DNA of 63,546 nucleotides, filler included, from Parasitella parasitica NRRL 2501 (taxonomy: Eukaryota > Fungi > Mucoromycota): assembly GCA_025201805.1 (NCBI GenBank). It is 11 parts of 11 records of this genome, joined end to end, with 100 filler letters (N's around TTAATTAATTAA, not from the genome) between each part and the next. Parts side by side here need not be neighbours in the genome. Positions count along the whole stretch, not along the records: positions 1 to 27,335 come from MU619281.1; 10 more parts are not named here. The stretch is one strand, 5' to 3'. This document shows positions 1 through 14,031 of this stretch, one piece after another (within the stretch, counting starts at the first letter, position 1; each line of letters begins with the position of its first letter). The position numbers and the translations under genes were made by a program. The notes beneath the pieces were generated by a model that did no database searches, was not told the origin of the DNA, and worked only from the letters and a program-made list of their open reading frames with translations.

Positions 1-3000
1 GCGGCCAATTTGACAAACCAAGTGAGATCTATTGCTGAAGTGACCAAGGCTGTGGCGTTGGGCGATCTTTCGAAAAAAATCGAGGTGGAATCAGGTGGAG
101 AAATCCTTGATCTCAAGAATATCGTGAACAACATGGTGGACCAGCTCCGTATCTTTGCCTCTGAAGTAACGCGTGTATCAAAAGAAGTCGGTACAGAGGG
201 TAAATTAGGGGGCCAAGCCAATGTTCAAGGTGTAGCTGGTACCTGGAATGAGCTCACAGACAATGTAAACATTATGGCGGCCAATCTCACTTCCCAAGTC
301 CGTTCTATTGCTGAAGTTACTAAAGCCGTCGCCAACGGTGATCTGTCCAAGAAGATTCATGTTGAAACTCGGGGTGAAATTTTGGATTTGAAGATCACAG
401 TTAATTCCATGGTGGATCAATTGAGAGAGTTTTCGTCTGAAGTAACCAGGGTTGCTAGAGAAGTAGGCACCGAAGGTGAACTTGGCGGACAGGCTATTGT
501 TCAAGGTGTCGCGGGTACTTGGAAAGATCTGACCGACAACGTCAATACTATGGCAAGTAATCTTACTACCCAAGTTCGTTCAATTGCGGTTGTCACCAAG
601 GCTGTAGCTAGTGGTGATTTATCCAAGAAAATCGATGTCGAAACTCGCGGCGAAATCCGAGAACTTAAGTAAGATTTTGCTGTTTTATGATTATCCAAGG
701 GGTATAACATTAATAATATATCAAACACTTTAGAGAGACAGTAAACGACATGGTAGACCAGCTTCGTGTGTTTGCAGCAGAAGTCACCCGAGTTGCTAGA
801 CAAGTGGGTACTGAAGGTATGCTCGGTGGCCAAGCAACTATAATCGGCGTTGATGGTACCTGGAAGGACTTGACAGATAATGTCAATCTCATGGCCAGTA
901 ACTTGACCGATCAACTGCGAGCAATTGCAGCTGTTTGTAAAGCCGTGGCCCAGGGTGACTTAAGCAAGAAGATCGAAGTTGAAGTGCACGGCGAAATTGC
1001 TGAATTAAAGAACACTATCAATACTATGGTTGATCAATTGAGCTCATTTGCATCTGAAGTAACGAGAGTCGCCAAAGAAGTAGGTACGGAAGGCAAACTC
1101 GGTGTTCAGGCACAAGTTGAAGACATTGAAGGTCTATGGAGAGATATAACCAGTAATGTCAATACAATGGCCTCCAATCTCACTACGCAAGTCCGTGCTT
1201 TTGCCCAAATCTCTGCTGCTGCCACCGAAAATGATTTCTCTCGCTTGATTACAGTTGAAGCCTCTGGTGAAATGGATTCTCTCAAAACCAAGATCAATCA
1301 GATGGTGGGATCTCTTCGTGACGCCATTCAAAAGAATAGATTGGCAAGGGAAGCCGCTGAATTAGCAAATCGATCCAAGAGTGAGTTCCTAGCCAACATG
1401 AGTCATGAAATCAGAACGCCTATGAATGGTATCATTGGCATGACCTCGTTGACGCTGGAAACAGAACTGAATAGACAACAAAGAGAAAATCTGATGATTG
1501 TATCCAGCTTAGCCAACAGTCTTCTAACTATCATTGATGACATTTTGGATATCTCGAAGATCGAAGCTGGCCGAATGACAATTGAATCTATCCCCTTTTC
1601 GTTAAGATCTGCTGTATTTAGCGTTCTCAAGACTCTTGCAGTCAAAGCAAACCAAAAGAAACTCGACCTTATTTACCATGTCGACCAATCCATTCCTGAC
1701 CAGCTGATCGGTGACCCTCTTCGTTTACGTCAAGTCATTACAAACCTGATTGGCAATGCTGTCAAATTTACTACTCAGGGTGAAGTGGTTCTCCGTACTA
1801 GAGCTGTTCGTATGCAAGACAGTACTGTTCGACTTGAATTTTGCGTTAGTGACACTGGTATTGGCATACAAGAGGATAAACTTAATGTCATTTTTGATAC
1901 TTTCTGTCAAGCTGATGGCAGCACCACGTAAGTAGATGATTTTCATATTTTGATATAAATACTGACCATAGCTTCTTAGTCGTGAATATGGTGGTACTGG
2001 TCTTGGCCTATCCATTTCAAAACATCTAGTCCAACTAATGGGCGGTGATCTATGGGTTGAATCGAAATACGGCCGTGGCTCAGAATTCTACTTTACTGTC
2101 AATTTCTTCCAATTCAGTCTTGATCAGAAAGAAGTGTTAGAAAAGATTCGCCGTTATAGAAATAGAAGAATTTTGTTTGTAGACACTATGAAGGATCAAA
2201 CTGGCGCTGTAGAGAAACTTGCCATGCTTGGACTGAAGCCTTTCCGTGCCGATAGTATTGAAGAAGCAGCCGTAATTTCGAATGCAAACTCTAGCAAGAG
2301 CAAGCATGCCCCTTTCTTTGACACTGTCATCATTGACAAAATGACCTTGGCTGAAAAGATTCGAGAGATTGTACCCTTGCGATACACACCAATTGTCTTG
2401 ATTGCTCCTGAAGTTCATTTGCTCAATATGAAGCTTTGCATCGATTTGGGCATCACTGGATATATCAACTCACCTACTAGCATTGCTGACATGGCTGCTG
2501 TTATGTTGCCTGCTTTAGAAAGCCATGCTGCTCTTCCCAGCGACTCATCCAAGACCGTGCCCTTGGAGGTTTTACTTGCCGAAGATAACGATGTAAATCA
2601 AAAGCTTGCTGTTCGTATACTGGAGAAATTTGGTCACCATGTCAAGGTCGTTGCAAATGGTAAATTAGCTGTGGAAGCATACGAGTCTCAGAGGTTTGAC
2701 CTTATTTTGATGGATGTCCAAATGCCTGTCATGGGCGGTTTTGAAGCAACTCAAAAGATCCGAGAAATCGAACATAGCATGAACAATAATACACACATAC
2801 CTATTATCGCTTTGACAGCGCATGCTATGATTGGCGATCGCGAAAAGTGTTTGCAGGCTGGCATGGTAATTAATCATATTTAGTCAATGTCTACCGGACT
2901 CTGCAACTAACTTTTGTATATTTTTTATAGGATGAATATGTTACCAAGCCTTTAAGATTCCCTGAATTGATCGCAGCCATCAAAAAATTTGCCCCACAAT

Positions 3001-3053
3001 CGGCTCAGATGATGATGCAGGGCAAAGCTAAAGCTATTACTGCTAAAAAATAG
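1..3053 (+). CDS. NIK1: Group III (NIK1/Os-1-like) hybrid histidine kinase, 5'-truncated by window; introns 669-733, 1928-1979, 2866-2930
   Basis: Tandem ~92-aa HAMP repeats, H-box ([16 protein letters not shown]), HATPase ([23 protein letters not shown] after splicing), receiver ([14 protein letters not shown]). GT-AG introns join the ORFs in frame; stop TAG 3051-3053. Confidence 0.93.
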
Positions 3054-3966
3054 TCTTTATATACCTTAAATCTTTAGAAATTGAAAATTAACTATTGCTA
3101 TTTACCCATGTGTATACTCAAACAACTGCTGATAGTCTCACTGTCAATCCGTATTTAAACAGAATAAACATTAGATGGAAATTGTTACAAAAATTATAGT
3201 TCATAAATACAGTTCCTTATAAAAGAATCCTTAGATATTGCGCCATGCATTACTTATACGAGTACAATAAGTTATGCCATAACGAATATTTGATGATATC
3301 TTTTTTAGGGTGCTTGCCCTATCACTTTAACTAACATCTTCTCATGTCTGGTATATACGTTTAAAATCTCTTTTACACACTTCTTGTATATGAACAATTA
3401 GGTTTTGACGAAAAAAACATATCACTATTAATGTATAGTGATTGAAATTGATTCATTTTTCTACTCTCTCATATGCAAAGTTTCCGTTTCACACCTTACA
3501 CATAAAACACTCAACTTTTGAATCGCCCAGTGGAATCAAATATAGGGTACACATGTTAATGTTGTTCAAGCCAATTTTGATGGTGGTAAGAAATACATGC
3601 TTAATATTGAAAAGACAAAAGTTTCACATCCTTTTTTTTTTATAGAATCGATTACAATTGAAAGAATAGTGAAAAATTTCAGTGTCCAAAATGTGAAAGC
3701 AAACTCAAAACCCCAACCACTTTGAAACGCCATATTGAAAAACATAATGGTGTTTAGCAATGTATTTCTAAAAAGAAACGACAACATTCTGGAATGGAAA
3801 GCATGGACGACGAATATCCCTCCATCACTCTAAATCACCACACACTTGAAAATGAAAAAGTTAACCTACAAGCGGATACTTCCAATTCATTTGCCTCAAC
3901 ATCGCAAGTAGACAAAGATACTGCAATACTGCTCGCCTCCGATGCTCTGTCTCTTTCAAAAAAGGA

Positions 3967-6900
3967 TCAAAAGAAACCTATCATGTTTGCCAATTTAGCA
4001 GATTTGGAGCCAATTACTTTATCTTCCAACACTGGAAAAACGCCGTTTTGTTTGCGTTGGAGATGGAGACTGTCATTGTATCGGCTAAGCTTGGTATTGT
4101 TGATTATGGATATTGATTCACCTTGTTCCAAGTCTAAAATCTGCTTGATTATATCTTTTATGTAGTTATCATTCAATTGGCCGTGTAGATTTTTCAAAGT
4201 ATTCATTTCTAGACGAGCAGCAGCACCGTCTGCAATCACAGCATGAGCGATACGTTGGAACATCAGTGATAACTTTCGCGATTGTGAATCCAAACTCAGG
4301 TTTGAGTCATAATAATACAGAATCCATATGGTATAAGGTTGGAAAGTGATATCAGTAGAAATTGAACTGAAAGATCTGCAAAGGGTGTATGTTGACAAAC
4401 AGTGAAACTTACTGCGTATCTGACGTAACTGCACCAGGTAGTTCCACGAATTGATCGACCTTGTTGTCTTGTTTTCGATTATGATCTTGGCAAGTTTTAT
4501 AGATTCTTCATTCAAATAAATCGAAACGGAGAGAAATTATTGGTAATCAACCAAAGTGGTGACCGAGCTGTTTGTAGTTCTATAATGAGGTCTTTTGTCG
4601 CAAAAAAAAAAAAAAAAAAGAAATCGAAAGTTCATCCATTGTTTGTGGTGGTTCACCACTGTTCGCATTTACCTTGGATGGCTTGCATTGATGGTTTGAG
4701 CTTTTTATTTCGTTGCATCAACGAATCATCGGCATTTGACAATGGTGATACGAACACCTTTCGGCAAAGCGCTTTTGCGCGAGGATGATCCACCATCTTT
4801 TGCAAAAGATCAACTCGCTTCTCTATGCCTTCCTTTGTCTTGCTTTTTCTGACGTACCCAATGTTGACTGAATTACCATTCTTTTTTTTTTTAGGGAAAT
4901 AAGGGTTTTAATTCTTTGTTTAGTCCTTCAAACGTACCAATTGTTAAATATATTCAAAAAACAAAGAATAATTGAATACTTCTGCCACTACATTATTGTC
5001 TACACAAGTAAAACAAATCGCCCATAGTAAAAGAGACCCGTTCCAGAATTTAGTATCGTCATCTTTGTTGTTTCCAAGGACACATACCGACAAATTCATC
5101 ACGTAAAATTCATAAATCTCTGCCCCGAATGATGGTCGGCAAGAGCAGCATCAGCAAGGCGTATACTGCCAATGATACTTGAAAATTTTCTCACAATATT
5201 AGAATGCACGCCGCCTGTGCCAAATAAAGCGTTAGGTTCTCTTGCATTTGAAATCATTTATATATAACTTTTACCTTCAAGGCTATTAGTACCACGACAA
5301 CAATGATAGTTGGCAAGGCCATTTTTGTCATAAGCGTACAAGGTATACAGTGGGATATCTTAAGGGTCAGAAACGTGTCCCAGCCTAACTGTTTCCAGTA
5401 TGTTTTCGGCGGTTCTCTTTGCCTCTCTATCAAACAATGGTTTCCTAATATCATCTGTGATGATAGGACCATAGTCTTCAAAAAGCTTTTTGAGAAGAGG
5501 AATCAGTTGTTCGGGCTGCGGGATACAACGCTTGACCCGTTTCCAAACCCAAGAAGGATTCGACGCAATCTTGTACTCCCATGTAGTATTTGTTGATTAC
5601 AAAACACGAGCGACATTGGCCTTGTCGACTGGATCAGGTACCAAGAGGATGTCTCTGTATTTCCGCTTAAATTCGGGACACAAGGAATGTTTGATTGGTA
5701 CTTTCAGCGTATCAATAAGATGAAAAATATCTTTCAAAATCCTGCTCTTGCGGACCACAGTATCATTCGTATGTAGGGGATGGCTAGCGATGTCATTATT
5801 TAAGAGTTGTTTTTCATAGTGCTGCAAATCACCTGCATCATTAATGCTTCTGATATGGTGATCCACTACTTCTTCAACATTACTAGAGTCATGATTTTCT
5901 GAGCATTTACGAAGCATAGACTTATTAACCACGACAAATGGGCGAGAGCAACCAGCATCAGCCAATGTTTTTTGGGACCATGCTCGGGAAGACGCATGTT
6001 TGGTTTTACGACCCTCGTAACTTCAATCAACGCCGTTACATTGCTCAGCAAAATTCTTCTCATGGGTGATCCAAATTCTTTAGAAGACTTGCCTCTAATA
6101 TAGCCATACGCCAAGGGAGTCATTGTTACCGAATTCCTTGGGAATATTGCGACATATGTACCTACAGACAGGACCTGATCAAATCTATCTGGTAAACGAA
6201 GATTCAATTGTTCTGGCTTTTGAATACGTTTTTATCATGTAGAAAGTTTCCAAGGCTAATCTCTGGATTTGGGCATTATCAAGGACATCAAGCTCCCATC
6301 TACCAGTTTCAACAAGCGTAGACTCTTCAGAGAATTCTTCGTTGAGAAGATCCTGACAGAGGGTTTTCAACCTGGGACCGGAACTGTTGATACAACGATT
6401 GCTGCAATATGTAGACCACTCAGTCGCATTTTTCAACTGCAATAGTAACGCAGGTTATTGCTCATTTAGACTTGATTTGAGCGCATTTAGTCTATGTCCA
6501 ATCATGTTGATGTTTGCGTCTTCAAAGAGTCTTTGTAAACCAATTGGAAAAGTATTGGCAATTATTTTGAATATAAAAACTTCAAAATTAAAGGTTGCAA
6601 TTGATACGCGGGCAATGGAGCGTCCATTGTTGGTAAATCTCTTAAAATGAACAAGCACCAGAAGTTCAGAGTAATCCTGAAGGATTCTTTCACAAGATTC
6701 GTTGATTTCTTGCACTGTATCATTGACAAAAATGTTCACGTTGTTGGGAATCACAGCGATTGCGAGTCCATCAACATGTTGTACGTTTTCAAGCAAGGAT
6801 GGCAGGCGCGCCTCTAGAAAATGGGGGTCAGACCGCACATTGTCAGTGTATAGAGCATCAAAGACATTGACACCATTCTTGATCGAGCTGATGTTGCTAG

Positions 6901-8267
6901 CTGCTTTGAAAGTGTGGTCACCTTTAAGAATACTTCCATCTACTTTCATTATTTGATTGTCCAAATGTTGGCGGAACACTTCCATTAAGGACGTGTAAAC
7001 GAAGCTGATATATTTGGCAGACGGACAATATCCATTGTAGCCGTTTTTGTCGTTGAATTTGGAAAACTCTGGTGCAGAAACCGCAAGAGATATCAAGCCA
7101 GGATTGTCGACTCTGAATTTATAATTTGCTAGATATTGGTATTGAAGCGTGTCATATCGTTTGGTATGTAACTCTTGCAAAATGTTGCTCAATCGCAGTG
7201 GACCAGTTGACGATTTTACAAGGTGGCGCATCAAATCTGCAAGGTCTCTTGATATACCACTTTTTTTAGTCAAGAAGGCAGGGAATTCAGCTTGTGCAAT
7301 GATTGGCAAGTGTCTGATCAGCTCAATGTCTGTTCCAATAGTTCTGCAGCTGCATTTATTACATTTATAAAAGCATAACATGAGATAAAAGCAACTATGT
7401 AACTCTCAGTTTAATGGATAGTCTAAAAAGCGGTATATAGTACATACTCTTTAATATCAATGATTCTTCTAGCTAGGGGATTCTTGGTATAACCATCATT
7501 GTTCATAAATTCAGGCACAGCCTTGTTCTTGGAGCATTCAGGGCATTTGAATTTCTTGTCTGCTTCATAAAATAGATAACGAGGAAAACATAAAAAAACC
7601 CTGGGCTGAAGTAGGTTTCTTTGATCAGCGTTTACATCCTTTTTCAACTTGAGGGCAGCTTGATTTGAATACCAGAATGTGCCATCTTTGTAGGCCTGGG
7701 GCATTTCATTGCGTCTAAATTTTTCTTGGATTGCTTTCAGGTATTCAGTTATATACGATGAGTCAGCACTGCGTGTAATATCATCTTCAATTCTATCGAA
7801 CATACCACTATCGACGTCAACTTCTTGTTCGGATCCATTGTACTCAATATCAATGCCGTATGTCTTAATTTCGGAAGACTGGTCGCAATCAATTTGCATC
7901 TTTAAAGATAGGCAGTATATTCAAGTTAGAGGTCATCATATATTATTTAAGATTTTTTTTTTTATGAATTACGTACCTCTTCTGTATCTCTCATCGCTTC
8001 ATCAGAGGAGTCATTTTCCTCGGCAAAGTCATTGGGCTGAATCTCTGCAACATTGGCAGGATTATTAGGATTAGTCAAGCTGTCCTCAATATTGCTATTG
8101 CTTCCGGAACTACTAGCATCTGCACCAAAATGTGATAACGAAATTGTTTGATTCTGAGAGCTATTATAGGCCTTAATTTGAGGACGTTTGCCTGCATTTG
8201 GATTCTTTGCGCCTGGTCGTCTGCCTCTTTTACCACCAACAACTGAATTTCTTCCTGAATGAGGCAT
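3967..8267 (-). pseudogene. Decayed multi-exon transposase-like gene (DUF6729-like) with embedded WRN/DnaQ-like 3'-5' exonuclease-like region
   Basis: Collinear minus-strand ORFs: Cys motifs (KCPEC, YKCNKC), ILKGDHTFK, exonuclease-like segment, SRILKDIFH, and spliced GHVSDP*DIPLY...YHCCRGTNSLEG/GVH. In-frame stops and frameshifts present. Confidence 0.6.
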
Positions 8268-8899
8268 GGTATTATTTGAAATAAAATAAAAAATATTAAA
8301 CGCATTGATTTTTAAGACTTTTATATGTTCCTTTAAAAAAAACTTTAGTTATTAAGCACGAGGTGAACTGTCAGATTCAGGAACCCCGTTTTTAATTTGA
8401 AGTGGTAAATTCATATCTTGAATCAATGTATATGTATTATTGAAGAATTTATTTTTACAATTAATAATGAAGACTTAAATGAATCTAATGTATGCGGTGA
8501 ATATACTTCGTTCTATACATTCATATTATTATATGCAGGGCGACATACGAAACTTTCTTCATATCAATAGCAGTTCATTGATTGGATCTTTTTGGACGAT
8601 TGTCAATTGGATAATTCAATCGATGTGGCGACCTTTTGATTGGGTCCTCTACTTTGTGGAGGCTTTCCTATTGGCTTTAAAAGTTTCTGAAACGATTATT
8701 ATTGGAGAAGTTTACCATAGTTATGGGTATACATCATGAAGCAAGCTTGTGGCCATATCTATGGTTAAGGGCATTTAATTTAATATATATATATATATAC
8801 AAATAGATAAAAGCCCAACATATGCGTATTGAAATTTACTAGTTGTACACTCTTTGCCGTCGTTTCGATGCAATTATCCACCTTTTTTTTTTTTTTGAT

Positions 8900-9392
8900 T
8901 TACAACTCGGAATCATCCCTAATAAATGAAACGCCCTTGACGATATTGCTCTTCAGTTCGGGAATCGCACTAGTCAAGAGTTTATATTCGAATCTGGATA
9001 TTTTTCCAAATAGGCAGAATACGTTGAATGCCATCACGCCCAAACTCCAGAGGAATGAAAAAAGTACTCTATTTCCTCACCCACCAGCAATGCGATAGAT
9101 TGACTGGCCGCCCTCGGGATCAGAAGCAAGATTAACATAAGCACATTCAACCCGCGTAACTCCATTAAAGACTGATCCCACCAGATTAAGAGTTAAACGA
9201 CTACCAACATAAGCCATTGACAAAGTGGCACTGCCAGCACCGTTCTTGTCTTTCACAACTTCATTGCCGGCAAATTGGATACGTTTAGTGAGATCCTCTA
9301 GCTGTTTTTCAGATAGCTTATCTGCGCCCAAGAACTTGAGATAAAAGAGGGATGATAGTAACACCGCTGTGGTAACCTACGACAACCACACT
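8900..9392 (-). pseudogene. Malate dehydrogenase C-terminal fragment
   Basis: [42 protein letters not shown], ...IPELKSNIVKGVSFI in shifting frames; N-terminal NAD-binding domain absent. Confidence 0.8.
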
Positions 9393-9740
9393 CGCTTGTC
9401 TAGGATTTGCAATGCATTCCTAGAAAAAAATGACAACATCCTGAATTAGCAATCATGGGCGGCGAACAACCCTCCCTCAGATTTTACCTCTTCACATTGC
9501 GGACGGTTCAGACGATTTGTTACATTACCAAAACAAGTTTATACTGATTTTTTAACACAAGCACGGAAGCCTGTACGTTCGTGACAAATACCGTTTAAAA
9601 AATCACTCGTCTGTTTATGTATGATATAGGTTTATTTGTATATGTATAAAAAGACGAAATATATGCGAGTATTGTTGTGTGGGTTGTATAATAAAATAAG
9701 TCATGAAATGAGTGAGGAGTAGCAACAGCTTTCAGGCATC

Positions 9741-12700
9741 TTATGATAGTAACTGTCTTGCTTCAGCTTCCATCGAGTCCTTTGTTGCTTTATCTAATCC
9801 TCTTGACCAGCCTGTGGTCGGCGACTCTACCCATTTGTTCCACTGGTTTGTTGGCGACTGCTCGCTTTCGCTGTTACTGGGGCGAACAAAGATATCTTCA
9901 GAGCCGACAATGTAATACATGTGATAGGTATCTTGGTCAATTTTATATTGTAGTTTAGAGCGAACAAATATTTTGTTCAAGTGTTCATCTTGAGGTCGCA
10001 GATTTCTACGTAATGTATTAATACAGGAGGAATAGATATACGCAGTAATGCGGCAATAGTGATGACTTACCGCGTTAAAAAGGTAGGCTTCATGCTTGAT
10101 GCATCAATGCCTTCTGTGGTGTTCACCCAATCCATATAGCTTGCGACATAATCTTCGTATTTGTCTGCGGCTGTTGGTTCCAGCATGTAATCGTCTTTGC
10201 CGATGAGCTGAATAGTCATAGTCTTGGCATCATTGTCCTATGGCAAATGCTTAGTACAGATGATGTATAGTTTTAAAGACAGAAACTTACGAAATTAAGC
10301 TTATAGAGATTCTCTTCGGAACCTACAATATCCTCAGCTCTTAATCGATAGACAGATAGTATCCTAGGTGACATGGATTCCAGTCCTTTGTCACTGCGGA
10401 AGAGTCGAATAAGTTCGACTGATTTAGGGTCAACTGTAATGGCTTGAATCTATAATCGCAATTCCATGTGAATACAGTAAAATTTAGAAAAAAGTGTAGG
10501 TGTACTCTTACTTGTTTAACCATAGAATGCACCAGTTTATCAATTGTAAAGATGAGATATGCGTCTGTTGTAAAGATATAACGAGTATGTTCCTCGAAAA
10601 CTTGCTGATCAATTTCACCATCAAAGAAACGGTCAATCATTTCGAGAATCGCGTTATAATAACCTTTGGATACGTCGACATCTATTTAGAAAGACCAGGT
10701 CAAAAAGATGTCGCTCGGCACGAGAAAGAATCCAAGTCTGCTTACCATCAAATCGACTACTGTACAAGCCAAGATCACGAGATACCTTATTTACACGTTT
10801 GCCCATGTTGGGATGCTTCTTCATTTCTTCATCAAGTGCGTGCAATTTTGAAAGCCTCTCATACAGCATTTCGTAAAGTCTAAAAAAGGAGTAGAATGTC
10901 GTATTACAAAAGAAGCTATACAGGATTCGCTTCTTTACACCAGGAGCAATGGCAGCGGCTGCAGCGGCTAATAATTTGTCGCCAGAAGCTTCCTCGCTGG
11001 TTTGCATAGGCGAAGCATAAGCAGCAGATGTGCTAAAGGCCTCCTCTTGGGTGGGAATCAATGCAGAATTGTTGATGGAATCTGACTCTGTTTTGACAAG
11101 TGCAATATCTTCTGCAGGAGCGGACGGAGAGCGAGAGCGAGAGCCGGAACGAACGGTCAAGCTGCTTTCATCGAGGGCATTTTGGTTCTTGGTGAGCACA
11201 TCACGCAACAAATCCATCGTATGCTCATCTTCGTGGTGGTTGCGGCTTCTGCCAGATCTTCGACGAGAGGGAGACTGACTGCGTTTGCGAGGAGAGCGGG
11301 CTACGTCGGATTCGGACTCTTCAGTGTTGGTAGAGTTGTTGTCATCGTCATCGGCTAAATCTTCTTCCTCAATTTCGTCCGCATAATGTGGCATGCCCTC
11401 GGGCACTACATTTTCGAGCTGGAAGCAAAGAGGTATGAAAGTTTGAATAAATGTGCGGATTTTTTCGCGATCACTGCTAGTGTAGCCTGTCTGTCGATCA
11501 ATAAAAGAATATATGACGCGCGTAACATCTTTAAAAACGTCCGTGTCATTGAAGGAGAAGCTGAACTGGAAGCTCTCTTTGCTGTGCACCGTCTTGTCTG
11601 ACCCTCCTTCTTTCATCTTTTTATCGAGCTGCAAAGCTTCGATTTCACTGACAAGGGCTTTTGGCGCCATGGCTTTACGATCGTTGCTCTTGAATGTAAT
11701 GCCTTGATAATCCAGAGCTCTGTAAAAGTTCTTTGCATCGAGTTCTCTCCATATCTTGTTCCATTCACGTTGAGCCCGCTTCCATTCTTCATCCTTTTGC
11801 TTCAAACGCTTCAACAGAATAGGAATCACCTGCGCAGGGGTTGTGTAGAGCAGCTCGATAATCTCTGCGCCGCGCTCCTTGTCATACACCTTTTTGATAA
11901 TGCGCTCGTAAATTGTGACAGATTGTCCGCCTAATCCTGGACGCAATTTGAAGTTGGCACGATCTTCCATAGACATGGCATCGATGCGATGGGCAATAGG
12001 CTCCAGCAATGCAATGACATTCAAATTCGCTTCAATGTTCATGTTGTAGTCATATCGCTCCTCTTCGCAGCGATGCATTGCCTCTTCATATTGGCTCTTC
12101 TTGGAAGCGATAAATCCGTCATCTTCACTTGCCCAAATAGGGTGCGACACGTACTCGTCGTTTAGCACTTCCCAAGCAATTTGGTCTCTGCCAGAACACG
12201 GTTGATTCTGCCACTAGACAGCATAATGAAGCGTCAATATTCCAACCCTCCCCCATATAGGATGTTACTTTCTGAGGATTACTTACATTCTTGGGCACAC
12301 AGCGATAGCTAGGGCTGTCAACTATTGCTTTGCAATGGGCAAGGTCGGGCTTAGGAATAGGATTTGCAGGCTTTTCGATCGGATGGTCCTTGGGCTCATA
12401 GCCGACAATACTCTTGAACCAATCATACAGCTCCTTGTTATTCCCAATAAAGATGCCAACTTGCTCGACAAGCGAGTCCAAATCCAAGATTTGTTGAGTG
12501 TACAGATTCAATGTCTTGAGGAACTCCTCATACGACGGCTTGTTACCGATGTGCTTGCGAATACGGTCAAACAGCTCGATTTCTTCCGTCGAAACAGAGG
12601 GACGGACCGGGTCAAATGGCGAGTTAGGGTAGCTGTAAGGGTCACGCATGTTGCTGGACAGTACATCGCCATTTTCCTTTTGATAGTGCTTGCTCTTTTT

Positions 12701-14000
12701 GGACGTCGTGTTGTTGACTCTCTTTTTCTTTCCAGGCGGGAGCATGCCACTGCTGGGAAGCACATCAGCAGCGCTTCGCTTTGAGCCATTGTAGTATGAT
12801 GGCGAAATCGAGTCGAATAAGACACTGGCAGATTGGCCTGTGATGTCGGGCAGGAACTGCTTGAACTCGTCTAGTAAGTCAGGAGCGCCATTGAACAAGA
12901 ACTGAACGTGCGCATAGACCTATGTCATGAGCGGTAAAATATACGTTTATACTATTGGTCGTAATGCTGCGTTTTACCTCTTGAATAGGCTTCTGATCCT
13001 TCTGGTATGTTTGAAGTATCTCTAAAAATTGCTTGTAAACATCAGGATCATTGGAAAAGCGGTTCTAATCGGTTGTGTAAGTATGCAATGACATGATATA
13101 ATATGATATAAACAGCCTTAAAAAAAAAACACAATTACTTTGATCTTGTTCACATAGTTGATAGCATGATTGAATTCGACAGGCGAGCGTCTCTCGGTGG
13201 TTGCAGACTGTAAAGTTGGGCTATGATGGAGCGGAGGAGGCGCTGGGGCACGGTTATGTTGACTAGGTGGTGGCGGGGGTTGATGGTAGATGGATTGGCC
13301 CATCATAGGTTGCTGTTGGGGTGGAGGTGGAGGTGGAGGTGAAATAGAATGCATTGGATGGGCTGACGACGCGCCTTGTAGCTGTTGCTGATGATGGATT
13401 GAGCTCGGAGGAGGCGGCTGATGCATGTGTCCATACGGATAATAAGTCTGTGGAGGTGGAGGTGGAGGTGGTTGATGGTGATGATGTAGCTGATGTCCAT
13501 GCATGGAAGAAGAATTTTCCGCTTCTATATGCATTCTATTAGCTGAACCGCCTGTGGTGGTTGTAATACCACTTGGTGTTGTGACAGTAATCAAATCGGG
13601 CTCGCGAGGGTCCGTAGAACATTCAATACGGTAGCCTGGCGGCAGAAATGTATTGAATCCAGATATTAACGTAGGGTGCCCTTTGAATAGAGTAGATACG
13701 CGTTCAATGACTCCAGGTGTGTCAATTCTATTATCAACCGTGAGTCAGAAATCCAAGGTATAGTCAGTATTAAATACTCACGCTTGGCTCTTGAAGTCTT
13801 TCATTATGTCCAAGAATTGATTGTAAACGTCAGGGTCCTCTGAGAAGCGTACTTTGACTTGATCAAGATATGTTAAAGCATCCCTGACATTCAAAGGTCG
13901 ATAACCTCCGCCCTGTGAAGAAGGAGAAGTGCTGGTTGTGGTAGTGTTTGTGCTGCTGTTATTTGCAGTTTGCTGTGGTTGTTGCTGTTGTTGTTGTTGT

Positions 14001-14031
<31 letters not shown>

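Noticed and set aside
1-1320. ~276-bp tandem DNA repeats
   Set aside because: Explained by the HAMP repeats of the histidine kinase.
205-2877. Antisense ORFs over NIK1 (likewise over SIN3, MPG1 and the Gypsy ORFs)
   Set aside because: Shadow ORFs of real coding strands with no recognisable motifs.
3300-8790. TIRs bounding the DUF6729-like element
   Set aside because: No convincing inverted termini or TSD found by eye.
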